From Clostridiales bacterium (GTDB taxonomy: Bacteria > Bacillota > Clostridia > Oscillospirales > Oscillospiraceae), in assembly GCA_022775085.1 (NCBI GenBank), contig JALFJQ010000002.1:7681-71680 (forward strand): a DNA stretch of 64,000 bases. Reading direction: 5' to 3'. Positions 46,908 through 55,544 of the stretch are shown piece by piece. Under the pieces are notes generated by a model. The model was not told the DNA's origin. It saw nothing but the letters and a program-made list of their open reading frames with translations, and made no database searches. Position 1 is the stretch's first letter. The number at the start of each line of letters is the position of its first letter. The translations under genes and the position numbers were made by a program.

Positions 46908-46980
46908 TAGGGCATCACCGCATAATGGGACAAAAGATCCGCTGAAGCCCGAAGTTCCCATTGTGCGGTGCTGCCTTAAG
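46908..46980. mobile_element. short family E inverted-repeat element (73 bp)
   Basis: tagggcatcaccgcataatggga ... tcccattgtgcggtgctgccttaag. Confidence 0.5.
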
Positions 46981-46994
46981 GTACGCCCTGGAAT

Positions 46995-47044
46995 AAAATC
47001 CCCAGAGTGTTCCTCTAATAAGAAGAGGAATCTCTGGGGATTTT
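46995..47044. terminator. bidirectional nested hairpin terminator
   Basis: aaaatccccagag-(ttcctct aataag aagaggaa)-ctctggggatttt lies between convergent genes. Confidence 0.6.
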
Positions 47045-47057
47045 GAATGCCGCTGTT

Positions 47058-47723
47058 TCAAAGGTCTGCCATACAGGCTTCGCCGATCCGGTGGCAGGCA
47101 GCCATGCGGTCGCCGTAGGCTTTCAGCTCCGGTTTTTCGGTGCGGCAGCGCTCCGTGGCGTAGGGGCAGCGGGTGTGGAAGCAGCAGCCGCTGGGGGGAT
47201 TCACCGGGCTGGGCACCTCTCCCGTAAGAAGCTTGCGGTGGGCGCTGCGCAGGTGGGGATCTGCCTTAGGGATGGCATCCAGCAGGAAACTGGTATAGGG
47301 GTGCAGAGGCTTGCGGTACAGCGCTTCCTTGGGGGCTATCTCGCACACGTGTCCAAGGAACATCACGCAGACCCGGTCAGCGATAAAGTTGATGACGGAC
47401 AGGTCGTGACCGATGAACAGGTAGGTCAGATGGTACTGCTCCTGCAAATCCTTCAATAGATTCAGCACCTGGCTCTGCACCGATACGTCCAGCGCCGACA
47501 CAGGCTCATCGCAGACAATGAGATCCGGCTGCAGGGCGATGGCCCGGGCAATGCCGATGCGCTGGCGCTGACCGCCGCTGAACTGGTGGGGATAGCAGTT
47601 GAGGAACTCCGCGGGAATGCCGACGGAGCGCATCAGCTCCAAAGCCCGCAGGGTGGTCTCCTCCCGGCTGCCGCAGACGTGATAGGTTTCCAGTGGCTCC
47701 GCGATGATGTCCCGCACCGTCAT
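47058..47723 (-). pseudogene. 5-prime-truncated OppF-type ABC ATPase remnant (no Walker A)
   Basis: Aligns with OppF (34416..35393) from its [12 protein letters not shown] region onward. It retains FSGGQRQR, Walker [13 protein letters not shown] and the C-terminal CCFHTRCP. About 105 N-terminal residues, including the P-loop, are absent. An in-frame stop lies at 47766..47768. There are no partner permease genes. Confidence 0.7.
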
Positions 47724-47833
47724 CCGGGGGAGTTTCGCTGTAATACCTGATAAAGCCGTTTGGTTTTATCGGGCAGACACCGCTTTCCGTGTTGTCGTAT
47801 CCATGTTTTTCGGGGGCACCGGACCAGAATGCG

Positions 47834-48826
47834 TCACGGCGCTGGCTGTACGGTTTCGGTTCCCTCCGCCAGGGCCACAATGGCCTTCGCCAGTTCTTCC
47901 GCGGCCCGCTGGGCCTCCGGGTGGGTGTTGCCTGCCGCGCCCACCTCCACCAGCAGAGTGCCGGGACACAGATCCTGATTGAACCGGGCGGCCCGGAGCT
48001 GCAGGGGCCGGGTAATACCGGGGCACTGGGCTTCCAGCTGGGCATGAACCTTCAGGGCCAGGGACAGGTTGTCCTCATAAGTATCGTAGTTGGTGCCCAT
48101 CACCAACATCAGCTGGGCAGAGGGTTCTCCGTCCACAGCAGCGAGGGTGCGCATCTGATGGCTTCCCTCCCCCGCCGCGTCCCGGTGCAGGTCAAGAATG
48201 AGCTGAATGCTGCCGTTTTGGTTTACATAATCTATAATCGCCGCCCGGGTGCGGGTATAGGAGCCGTTATAGGAGGGGTAGTCGTGAAGCTCCCGGTCAT
48301 GGATCACCGGGATGCCGTTTTCCTCCAGAATTTCCCTGACCACTTCCCCGATGGACACCATGTTGTAGCCTTCATCCGTGGTGCGCCAGGCGGCGGATTC
48401 CGTATACGGCTCGTCCACCCGAGTGTAGCTCTCGGTGGTATGGGTGTGGATAATCAGCACCGTGGGCTCCTCTCCCCGCAGATTCCATTGGAGGGGCTGC
48501 GCCAGCAGCGCGGGAATATCCGGCTCCTTCGTGGAAGCGTAGTATAATTCCAGGCCGTCGGCATCGGAAAAAGACGGAAGGGTTGGTTCCGTGACCGGGA
48601 GGGTCGCCGCCGGGGGAGACTCCATGAAATCCGGCGAAAAAGCCGGTAAAGACGGCGAAAACCGGACATCCCGTCCGGTTTCCAAATAGATATAGAAGGC
48701 GGCGGCCCCGGGGCTGGTCAGAAGGTTCAGGAGCTTGTCCCCATACCCCTCGTCCCACAGCCGCAGTACAAGGGCGCACAATATGGCGCACAGCCCCACC
48801 CGCCGGGCACGGCTCAGTTGCTTCAA
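47834..48826 (-). CDS. spoIIP: stage II sporulation protein P (SpoIIP-type amidase/endopeptidase)
   Basis: TVLIIHTHTTESYT and DLHRDA motifs with an N-terminal membrane anchor. The TTG start at 48826 was chosen for an AAGGAGGG RBS 8 nt upstream; the ORF track extends it to 48880, inside a repeat. Confidence 0.78.
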   Translation of the reverse strand: MKQLSRARRVGLCAILCALVLRLWDEGYGDKLLNLLTSPGAAAFYIYLETGRDVRFSPSLPAFSPDFMESPPAATLPVTEPTLPSFSDADGLELYYASTKEPDIPALLAQPLQWNLRGEEPTVLIIHTHTTESYTRVDEPYTESAAWRTTDEGYNMVSIGEVVREILEENGIPVIHDRELHDYPSYNGSYTRTRAAIIDYVNQNGSIQLILDLHRDAAGEGSHQMRTLAAVDGEPSAQLMLVMGTNYDTYEDNLSLALKVHAQLEAQCPGITRPLQLRAARFNQDLCPGTLLVEVGAAGNTHPEAQRAAEELAKAIVALAEGTETVQPAP

Positions 48827-48965
48827 TCCCACAGCCCTCCTTCGGAAATAAAAAAGGTGGTCGTAGGGGGCGATGCCCACATCGCCCCTTTACAAGTGTC
48901 CGGTATTTGCCTTGAGGTTGGGGATGACGCACCGCCATGCTGCGGGCCGATGTGGGCATCGGCCC

Positions 48966-49460
48966 CTACGGTGTTGTTCCAGGCGGTTTCGGCTTCCACT
49001 TTGGCCTTGTCCGCAGTTCCACACGGAGTTTTTGGAAAAACGCAGTTAATAGTTCCCCGCATTCTTCTTCCAGCACCCCGGCTTCCACTGCGGGATGATG
49101 ATTAAACCGCATATCGAACAGGCTGCACACGGAGCGCACCGCACCGCATTTTGCGTCCGACGCGCCGTAGACCACCCGTTGGATTCTTGCGTTGACAATG
49201 GCTCCGGCGCACATGGGACAGGGTTCCAGGGTGACGTACAGAGTGCACTCCCACAGCCGCCAGCCTCCCAAGGTTTGACAGGCATCGTTGATGGCCTCGA
49301 TTTCCGCATGGGCCAGAGCGTTTCTGGCTCCCTCCCGGCGGTTTCGACCCCGTCCGACAATTTCCTCGCCCCGCACGATCACGCAGCCCACCGGCACTTC
49401 CCCCTCGTCAAAGGCTTCCCGCGCCAAAGTCAGCGCTTCCTTCATAAATGTTTCGTCCAT
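48966..49460 (-). CDS. tadA: tRNA adenosine(34) deaminase
   Basis: HAEIEAI and TLEPCPMCAGA zinc-binding motifs. Confidence 0.93.
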   Translation of the reverse strand: MDETFMKEALTLAREAFDEGEVPVGCVIVRGEEIVGRGRNRREGARNALAHAEIEAINDACQTLGGWRLWECTLYVTLEPCPMCAGAIVNARIQRVVYGASDAKCGAVRSVCSLFDMRFNHHPAVEAGVLEEECGELLTAFFQKLRVELRTRPKWKPKPPGTTP

Positions 49461-49605
49461 GTCCGCCCCCTCCGGCCTTGTTTGCGCTCAGCCGCCTCTC
49501 CCATAAGGAGAGGCAAGTTGTTTCGTTTATCATACTGAAAACCAAGGGAAGCGTCAAGGACATGATAGCAGAGCCGGCCTAAAAAATATGTCGGACGCCG
49601 TCCGC

Positions 49606-49635
49606 GGGACAAAGAAAGCTCTCCTTTGCTATAAT
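49606..49635 (+). promoter_or_regulatory. candidate promoter of the small three-gene cassette
   Basis: GGGACA (49606..49611), an 18-nt spacer and TATAAT (49630..49635), 30 nt upstream of the first ATG. Confidence 0.4.
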
Positions 49636-49664
49636 CTCGGCAAATCCAAAAAGGAGGAGCCAAC

Positions 49665-49790
49665 ATGGAAGGAACCCTGTATTACGACCCCCAGGCGGCA
49701 CGGCCCGCCTGCTTCTGCCCCCGGTGCGGCGGCGAGTGCTACGCGCCCAGCTTCACCTGCATCTACTGCGAAAGGAGGGACGCGGCATGA
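49665..49790 (+). CDS. 41-aa four-cysteine zinc-ribbon-like peptide (not in the supplied ORF track, below its size cut-off)
   Basis: An AAAGGAGGAG RBS lies 5 nt upstream. The sequence is MEGTLYYDPQAARPACFCPRCGGECYAPSFTCIYCERRDAA, with CxCxxC ... CxxC spacing. Its stop overlaps the next start (ATGA). Confidence 0.5.
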   Translation: MEGTLYYDPQAARPACFCPRCGGECYAPSFTCIYCERRDAA

Positions 49791-50020
49791 CGATGGAAGC
49801 GCTGAGCGAAACCTACCGGGCGGCGGCCAAGCCTCTGCGGGAGCGCCTAAACCAGCTGCGCATGGAGCTGGTGACGGAAACCGATCCCCAGATTGCCTTC
49901 TGCCTGAAAACCCGCATTGCCCAGATGACCCCCATTCTGACCCAGCTGAACGAACTGGCGGATCTGACGGAACACTACTATGAAAGGGGGTACTGGCGCA
50001 GTGAGAAATATACCCAATGA
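49787..50020 (+). CDS. hypothetical 77-aa helical protein
   Basis: Starts MTMEALSETYRAAAKPLRERLNQLRMEL..., with a GGAGGG RBS and ATGA coupling to the upstream peptide. Confidence 0.55.
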   Translation: MTMEALSETYRAAAKPLRERLNQLRMELVTETDPQIAFCLKTRIAQMTPILTQLNELADLTEHYYERGYWRSEKYTQ

Positions 50021-50033
50021 ATTTGAGGGGAAA

Positions 50034-50294
50034 ATGGAGCTTGTCAGGAAGATCATGGACCGGGAGCTGACGCTCCTGCAAAGGGACACGGTGGAAAAAT
50101 ACTATTTGCTGGATATGACTCTGGCCCAGATCGCCGAAGAGCGCGGCGTAAACGTGACCACCGTCTGGCGCACCCTGCTGGGGGCCATGCGCAAAATCCG
50201 GCGCTTTCTGCTGCTGGATGAAAGCGAATATGAAGAAACCGTAAACTCTGTCCGAAAAAAGCGGGGCAAGGGTTGCAATAATCCCGGGAAATGA
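50034..50294 (+). CDS. small sigma-70 region-4-like HTH protein (86 aa)
   Basis: LTLLQRDTVEKYYLLDMTLAQIAEERGVNVTTVWRTLLGAMRKIRRFL resembles region 4.2 / YlxM-type HTH. No region 2 is present. Confidence 0.6.
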   Translation: MELVRKIMDRELTLLQRDTVEKYYLLDMTLAQIAEERGVNVTTVWRTLLGAMRKIRRFLLLDESEYEETVNSVRKKRGKGCNNPGK

Positions 50295-50298
50295 TATA

Positions 50299-51228
50299 AT
50301 GTCCAGCGAAAGGATGATGGGATACTCCATGAAAAAGATGCTGTTCATTATGAACCCCTTTGCCGGACAGAAGCGGGCCAACCGGGTGCTGCCGGACATT
50401 CTGCTCCAATTCAGCGAGGCAGGGTATGAGATAAACACGGTGATGACCACCGGCACCGGCGCTGCCACCCGGGCGGCGGAAGCCTTTGGAAAGGACGTGG
50501 AGCTGGTGGTCTGCTGCGGCGGCGACGGCACCCTGAATGAGACCCTCACCGGCCTGCTCCGGGCAGGAGCCGATACCCCCCTGGGCTACATCCCCACCGG
50601 CACCACCAACGATTTTGCCGCCAGCATGGGTCTGTCCCACAATCCGGTGCAGGCGGCGAAGGATATTCTGGAGGGCAAGCCCTACGACTATGACGCGGGC
50701 CGGTTCGGCAATCGGAATTTTGCGTATGTTGCTTCCTTTGGCGCCTTCACCCGGTCCAGCTACATCGTTCCCCAGAACATCAAAAACGCCCTGGGCCACA
50801 CCGCCTATGTGCTGGGGGGCATTTCCGAGCTGTCCCAGATTCGTAACGAGCACATCCGCATGGAGCTTGACGGCGAGATCGTGGAGGATGATTTTCTCTT
50901 CGGCGCCATCTGCAACTCCACCTCTATCGGCGGCATCCTGACCCTGGACCCGGATCACGTGGACATGGGCGACGGCCTGTTTGAGGTCATGCTGGTGCGG
51001 ATGCCCCACAGTCTCATGGAGCTGTCCGAGTGCATCCGGGCGGTGCAGTCCCAGGACTACAACTGCGAGATGATCACCTTCCGCTCCGCCCACCACATTG
51101 TGGTGGAGGCTGACCCAGAGATGCCCTGGTCGCTGGACGGCGAAAAGGAGGAGGGCCACGCCCTGGTGGAGGTGGAAAATCTGCACCGCGCCATCCACCT
51201 GATCCAGAGAAAGGAAACCGATGCTTAA
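50299..51228 (+). CDS. diacylglycerol/lipid kinase family protein (YegS/DagK-like)
   Basis: FIMNPFAGQKR, VVCCGGDGTLNE and GTTNDFA motifs. The true start may be the MKKMLF ATG at 50329. Confidence 0.85.
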   Translation: MSSERMMGYSMKKMLFIMNPFAGQKRANRVLPDILLQFSEAGYEINTVMTTGTGAATRAAEAFGKDVELVVCCGGDGTLNETLTGLLRAGADTPLGYIPTGTTNDFAASMGLSHNPVQAAKDILEGKPYDYDAGRFGNRNFAYVASFGAFTRSSYIVPQNIKNALGHTAYVLGGISELSQIRNEHIRMELDGEIVEDDFLFGAICNSTSIGGILTLDPDHVDMGDGLFEVMLVRMPHSLMELSECIRAVQSQDYNCEMITFRSAHHIVVEADPEMPWSLDGEKEEGHALVEVENLHRAIHLIQRKETDA

Positions 51229-51688
51229 TACCACGCTGTGTTATGTCACCCGGGGCGACGAGGTGCTGATGCTCCACCGGGTCAAAAAGAAGAACGACAT
51301 CAATAAGGACAAATGGATCGGCATCGGCGGCAAGTTCGAAGGGGAGGAAAGTCCCGACGAGTGCCTCCTGCGGGAAGCCAAAGAGGAGACGGGCCTGGAT
51401 TTGACCCGCTGGCGCTGCCGGGGTGTGGTGACCTTCTTAAGCGATGCTTACGAGGGCGAGTTTATGTACCTGTTCACTGCCGACGGCTTTGAGGGAGAAC
51501 TTGCGGACTGTCCCGAGGGGGATCTGCAATGGGTCAGCCGGGAATTTGTGAATCAGCTCCCCACCTGGGAGGGAGATAAAATTTTTCTGGATCTTCTGTG
51601 GCAGGACGCTCCCTTTTTTCTGCTGAAGCTGCGCTATGAAGGTGAAAAGCTGACAGAAGCCGTGCTGAACGGGAAGAAGATCCGATAA
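51221..51688 (+). CDS. NUDIX hydrolase (MutT/8-oxo-dGTPase-like)
   Basis: Nudix box GGKFEGEESPDECLLREAKEETGL. Confidence 0.85.
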   Translation: MLNTTLCYVTRGDEVLMLHRVKKKNDINKDKWIGIGGKFEGEESPDECLLREAKEETGLDLTRWRCRGVVTFLSDAYEGEFMYLFTADGFEGELADCPEGDLQWVSREFVNQLPTWEGDKIFLDLLWQDAPFFLLKLRYEGEKLTEAVLNGKKIR

Positions 51689-51707
51689 AGTTGTCTCATA
51701 ATACGCA

Positions 51708-51738
51708 CTCCGGACCCATCAGGGTCCGGAGTTTTTTT
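51708..51738 (+). terminator. rho-independent terminator
   Basis: ctccggaccc-atca-gggtccggag followed by ttttttt. Confidence 0.8.
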
Positions 51739-51940
51739 CCCGGAACAGCCCGACCCCGTAGGCTGGTGATAATGCGCAAAACCCATTTTTGTATAACATT
51801 GTATTATACAAACCGGATTGTTCCGGTATTGGACTTTTTCCAGGATTTCCGTATAATAAAACTATCCGGATAACCGCGGTTAATCAACACAGCAAACCAA
51901 ATTCAACATAAAGCGAAAGGAAAGAAAGATATGACAATGT

Positions 51941-51992
51941 TAGGGCATCACCGCATAATGGGGCAAGGAGATTCGGCGAGAGATTTTGCCCG
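51941..51992. repeat. half-copy of family E element
   Basis: tagggcatcaccgcataatggggcaaggagattcggcgagagattttgccc matches the reverse complement of 38899..38950. Confidence 0.5.
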
Positions 51993-52428
51993 TCAGGAGG
52001 CGTCCCGTACTGTCCAATAGGGACATCTGGCCTTGGCAGAAATACATTTTTTGTTATACTTTCACAAAAAAATGCAGTATGTATTCATTTATCATGCAAC
52101 ATTACACTTTACTAAATGAAATTTGTGTGATAAACTAATGGCGTTATCTTACTATTTTGAAATATAGCAATCACTGGAAATTCATTTTCCCCGGGCAGTC
52201 TCCCGGCAGCTGCCCGGATGGAGCCGTACGCCGCCCGTTTCTGCGGGTTCAGCACCCGGCCGCCCCATTTTTCACCTGTAAAATGGCATCCGCCATCTTA
52301 TGGGCTGCCTGTCTTCCCTGCACCGCCGCCGTCCGGAAGAAACGTCCGGCGGACCCGGAAACCGGCAGGTGCTCTTTCCGGCCCTTCCCGGAACCAAGCA
52401 ACCAGAGAACAAGAAAGGAATGATGTCA

Positions 52429-54423
52429 ATGAACACCATGAAACGACTGCTTTCCGCCGTGCTGACCCTGACGATGGTCTTTGCATTGGCCGCCTGCGGC
52501 GGCAGCAGCTCCGGCACCTCCGCCCCCTCCACCACCGCTCCCGCGGCTGCCCCCGCTGAGACTGCCGCGGCTGTGACCGAGAACGCGGTATACAGAACTC
52601 TGTACGCCGCCGAAGTCACCACTCTGAACTACCTGATCACCGGACAGACCAACGAGCTGACCATCGCCGCCAACGTGGTGGACTGCCTGGTGGAGTACGA
52701 TTCCTACGGCAACGTGGAGCCCGCTCTGGCTACCAGCTGGGAGCAGAACGAGGACGCCACCGTCTGGACCTTCCACATCCGTGAGGGTGTGAACTGGATG
52801 GACAAGGACGGCAACGTTGTGGCCCCCGTCACCGCCAACGACTGGGTTTCTTCCGCTCAGTACGCCTGTGACGCCGTCAACGAATCCGACACCTTCTACA
52901 CCATGAGCGGCGTGGTCGCCGGCGCGGATGCCTACTACGACTGGACTGCCTATCAGATGGCCCTGCCCACCGCCGTGGACGGCACCGATGAAAACGGCAA
53001 CCCCGTGAAGTTCGTCACCAATGAGGACGGCGAGCAGGAAGTGCTGGAGGAGGTTCCCGAGGCTTCCGCTGAGGACATCGGCGTTAAGGCTCTGGATGAC
53101 TACACTCTGGAGTTCACTCTGGAGTCCCCCCGTCCCTATTTCCTGTCCATGGTCTCCTTCGGACCCTACATGCCCGTCTATGGCCCCTTCCTGACCGAGT
53201 GCGGCAGCAAGTTCGGCACCGACAACGATAACCTGCTGTACTGCGGCGCTTTCATCCTGTCCACCTATGAGCCCCAGCAGCAGCGGATCCTGACCAAGAA
53301 CCCCGAATACTGGGATAAGGACAACGTATTCCTGGATGCCATCCAGATGACCTACAACGCCGAGGCTGCCTCCATCTCCACCACCATGTACCAGTCCGGC
53401 GAAGTGGATCAGGCGGACATTTCCTCCAACCTGCTGACCGCCATGATGGCCGATCCCGCCACCGCGGATCTGATCCATCCCACTCGCTCCGATACATCCT
53501 ACGCTTACTGGTACCTGTTCAACTTCGATCCCAACTTCGATGCCGAGTTCGAGCCTGACAACTGGAGCATCGCCGTGAACAACGAGAACTTCCGTAAGTC
53601 CATTGTCCACGCCTTCAACCGGATGCCCGCTCTGGCCACCAACGACCGGGTCGATCCCGAATCCCTGAAGAGCAACACCATCACCCCCGCCGCCTTTGCC
53701 TCCGCCTCCAAGGACTTCGCCTACTACGGCGATCTGGCCAAGTACACCGAGGGCGACAACTTCAATCAGGAGCTGGCCCTGCAGTATAAGGAAAAGGCTG
53801 TGGAGGAGCTGACCGCCGCCGGCGCCAAGTTCCCCGTGAAGATGCTCATGTGCTACAACCCCACCACCACCAACTGGGCCGAGGAGTGCCAGGTGGTAGA
53901 GCAGACCATTGAGAACATCCTGGGTACCGACTACATCGACATCATTGTCCAGGCCGGCCCCGAGACCGGCTTCCTGGGCGCCATCCGCCGCACCGGCAAG
54001 TACGCCTTCATGAAGTGCAACTGGGGCGCTGACTACGCCGACCCCGAGACCTGGACCGATCCCTTCACCGACGACTCCAACTACAACTTCATCTATAAGA
54101 GCACCGACGCTAACACTCAGGCCCTGTACGCCGAGTATCAGCAGCTGGTCGCCGATGCCAAGGCCATTACCGATGACATGGATGCCCGCTACACTGCCTT
54201 TGCCAAGGCCGAAGCCTTCCTGCTGGATCACGCCTTTGCCGTTCCCTTCTCCATCAGCAACCGCAGCTATCAGATGTGCAACCTGAACGTATTCGAGGGC
54301 CAGTACGCCTCCTTCGGCATGGCCAGCCTGCGTTATAAGGACCAGCACCTGTACGACACCTCCATGAGTCTGGAGGAGTACCAGGCCGCCTACGCCGAGT
54401 GGCAGGCCAAGATGGCTGGTTAA
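52429..54423 (+). CDS. peptide ABC transporter substrate-binding lipoprotein (family 5)
   Basis: Lipobox LTLTMVFALAACGG followed by SBP_bac_5-type sequence. The start is uncertain: there are in-frame ATGs at 52420, 52423, 52429 and 52438. Confidence 0.88.
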   Translation: MNTMKRLLSAVLTLTMVFALAACGGSSSGTSAPSTTAPAAAPAETAAAVTENAVYRTLYAAEVTTLNYLITGQTNELTIAANVVDCLVEYDSYGNVEPALATSWEQNEDATVWTFHIREGVNWMDKDGNVVAPVTANDWVSSAQYACDAVNESDTFYTMSGVVAGADAYYDWTAYQMALPTAVDGTDENGNPVKFVTNEDGEQEVLEEVPEASAEDIGVKALDDYTLEFTLESPRPYFLSMVSFGPYMPVYGPFLTECGSKFGTDNDNLLYCGAFILSTYEPQQQRILTKNPEYWDKDNVFLDAIQMTYNAEAASISTTMYQSGEVDQADISSNLLTAMMADPATADLIHPTRSDTSYAYWYLFNFDPNFDAEFEPDNWSIAVNNENFRKSIVHAFNRMPALATNDRVDPESLKSNTITPAAFASASKDFAYYGDLAKYTEGDNFNQELALQYKEKAVEELTAAGAKFPVKMLMCYNPTTTNWAEECQVVEQTIENILGTDYIDIIVQAGPETGFLGAIRRTGKYAFMKCNWGADYADPETWTDPFTDDSNYNFIYKSTDANTQALYAEYQQLVADAKAITDDMDARYTAFAKAEAFLLDHAFAVPFSISNRSYQMCNLNVFEGQYASFGMASLRYKDQHLYDTSMSLEEYQAAYAEWQAKMAG

Positions 54424-54575
54424 AATCGGTTCATACACCTTACGGGAGAAGCCCTCTTTGAGGGCTTCTCCCAACACGCTTCCTTTTTCCGCGAAAAAGC
54501 TCGGAGCCTGTACCGGTACTGCTTCCCATGGGCGGCAGCAGCGGTATTGGCTCTGAAGAATTCGGAGGACATATT

Positions 54576-55544
54576 ATGGCAAAATACATTACAAAACGGG
54601 TTCTGCGATCCATTCTCACCATGTTCATCATCATCACCGTTCTGTTTGCCCTGCTGCGGCTCATGCCCGTGGAAGGCTACTTTGAGAACTACGACAAAAT
54701 GAGCTCCACCCAGGTGCAGGTGAAGCTGCAGTCCCTGGGTCTGACCGACCCGCTGCCCAAGCAGCTGCTGCGCTTCTACAATCAGATTCTTCACGGGGAT
54801 CTGGGAGAGTCCAACGTCTACCGCAAGGGCGTAGCCATCACCGAGATCATCGGCGACAAGATCGCGATTTCCCTGAAGCTGGGCCTCATTTCCCTGGCCA
54901 TCGCCCTGTCGCTGGGACTTCCGCTGGGTGTCATCATGGCCCGCAGCACCCGGACCCGATTCAAGATCGGTGACCGGCTGGGCACGGTGTTCATTGTGCT
55001 GGTGGAGGCCATGCCCTCGGCGGTGTACCACATCCTCATCCAGTTCGCCGGTTCCCAGACCCATCTGGGCAAGGACATTCTGGGGCTTCCCATGCTGTTC
55101 GACGCGGCAAACTTCAAAAGCTACATTCTGCCGGTGATCTCCCTGTCTATCGGCAACATCGCCTACTATGCCATGTGGCTGCGGCGGTACATGGTGGACG
55201 AGGCCAATAAGGACTACATCCGTCTGGCCCGGGCCAAGGGCGTACCCAGCACCAGAATTTCCTTCAGCCATGTATTCCGCAACGCCTTTGTGCCGCTGGT
55301 GCAGTACATCCCCAACTCCATCCTGTTCACCCTGATGGGCTCGCTGTACGTCGAATCCCTGTACTCCGTGCCCGGCATGGGCGGCCTGCTGGTCACCGCC
55401 ATCAAGCGTCAGGACAACACCCTGGTGCAGGCGCTGGTGCTGATCTACGCCGTCATTTCCATTCTTGGCCTGCTGTTCGGCGACATCCTCATGGGCATCG
55501 TCGATCCCCGTATCAGTTTTTCGAAAAAGGAGGGCGCCCGCTGA
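54576..55544 (+). CDS. peptide ABC transporter permease (DppB/OppB-type)
   Basis: MAKYITKRVLRSILTMFIIITVLFALLRLMP, with a GGAGGA RBS. Confidence 0.9.
   Translation: MAKYITKRVLRSILTMFIIITVLFALLRLMPVEGYFENYDKMSSTQVQVKLQSLGLTDPLPKQLLRFYNQILHGDLGESNVYRKGVAITEIIGDKIAISLKLGLISLAIALSLGLPLGVIMARSTRTRFKIGDRLGTVFIVLVEAMPSAVYHILIQFAGSQTHLGKDILGLPMLFDAANFKSYILPVISLSIGNIAYYAMWLRRYMVDEANKDYIRLARAKGVPSTRISFSHVFRNAFVPLVQYIPNSILFTLMGSLYVESLYSVPGMGGLLVTAIKRQDNTLVQALVLIYAVISILGLLFGDILMGIVDPRISFSKKEGAR

Noticed and set aside
48881-48965. Looked for an SRP (4.5S/scRNA) gene downstream of tadA, as in Bacillus
   Set aside because: The region contains only REP-like palindromes (gtagggggcgatgcccacatcgcccc..., gggccgatgtgggcatcggcccctac). 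No conserved SRP domain IV motif is seen.
49606-51688. Integrated mobile element or prophage fragment around the small sigma-like cassette
   Set aside because: No integrase, recombinase, relaxase, capsid or terminase-like ORFs are present, and I could find no flanking direct repeats. The neighbours are housekeeping genes (tadA, lipid kinase, NUDIX).
52157-52559. 88-aa and 113-aa ORFs in the leader of the second peptide ABC operon
   Set aside because: They have no RBS and a Pro/Arg/Ala-rich composition, and they overlap each other and the true start region. They are more likely non-coding leader sequence.
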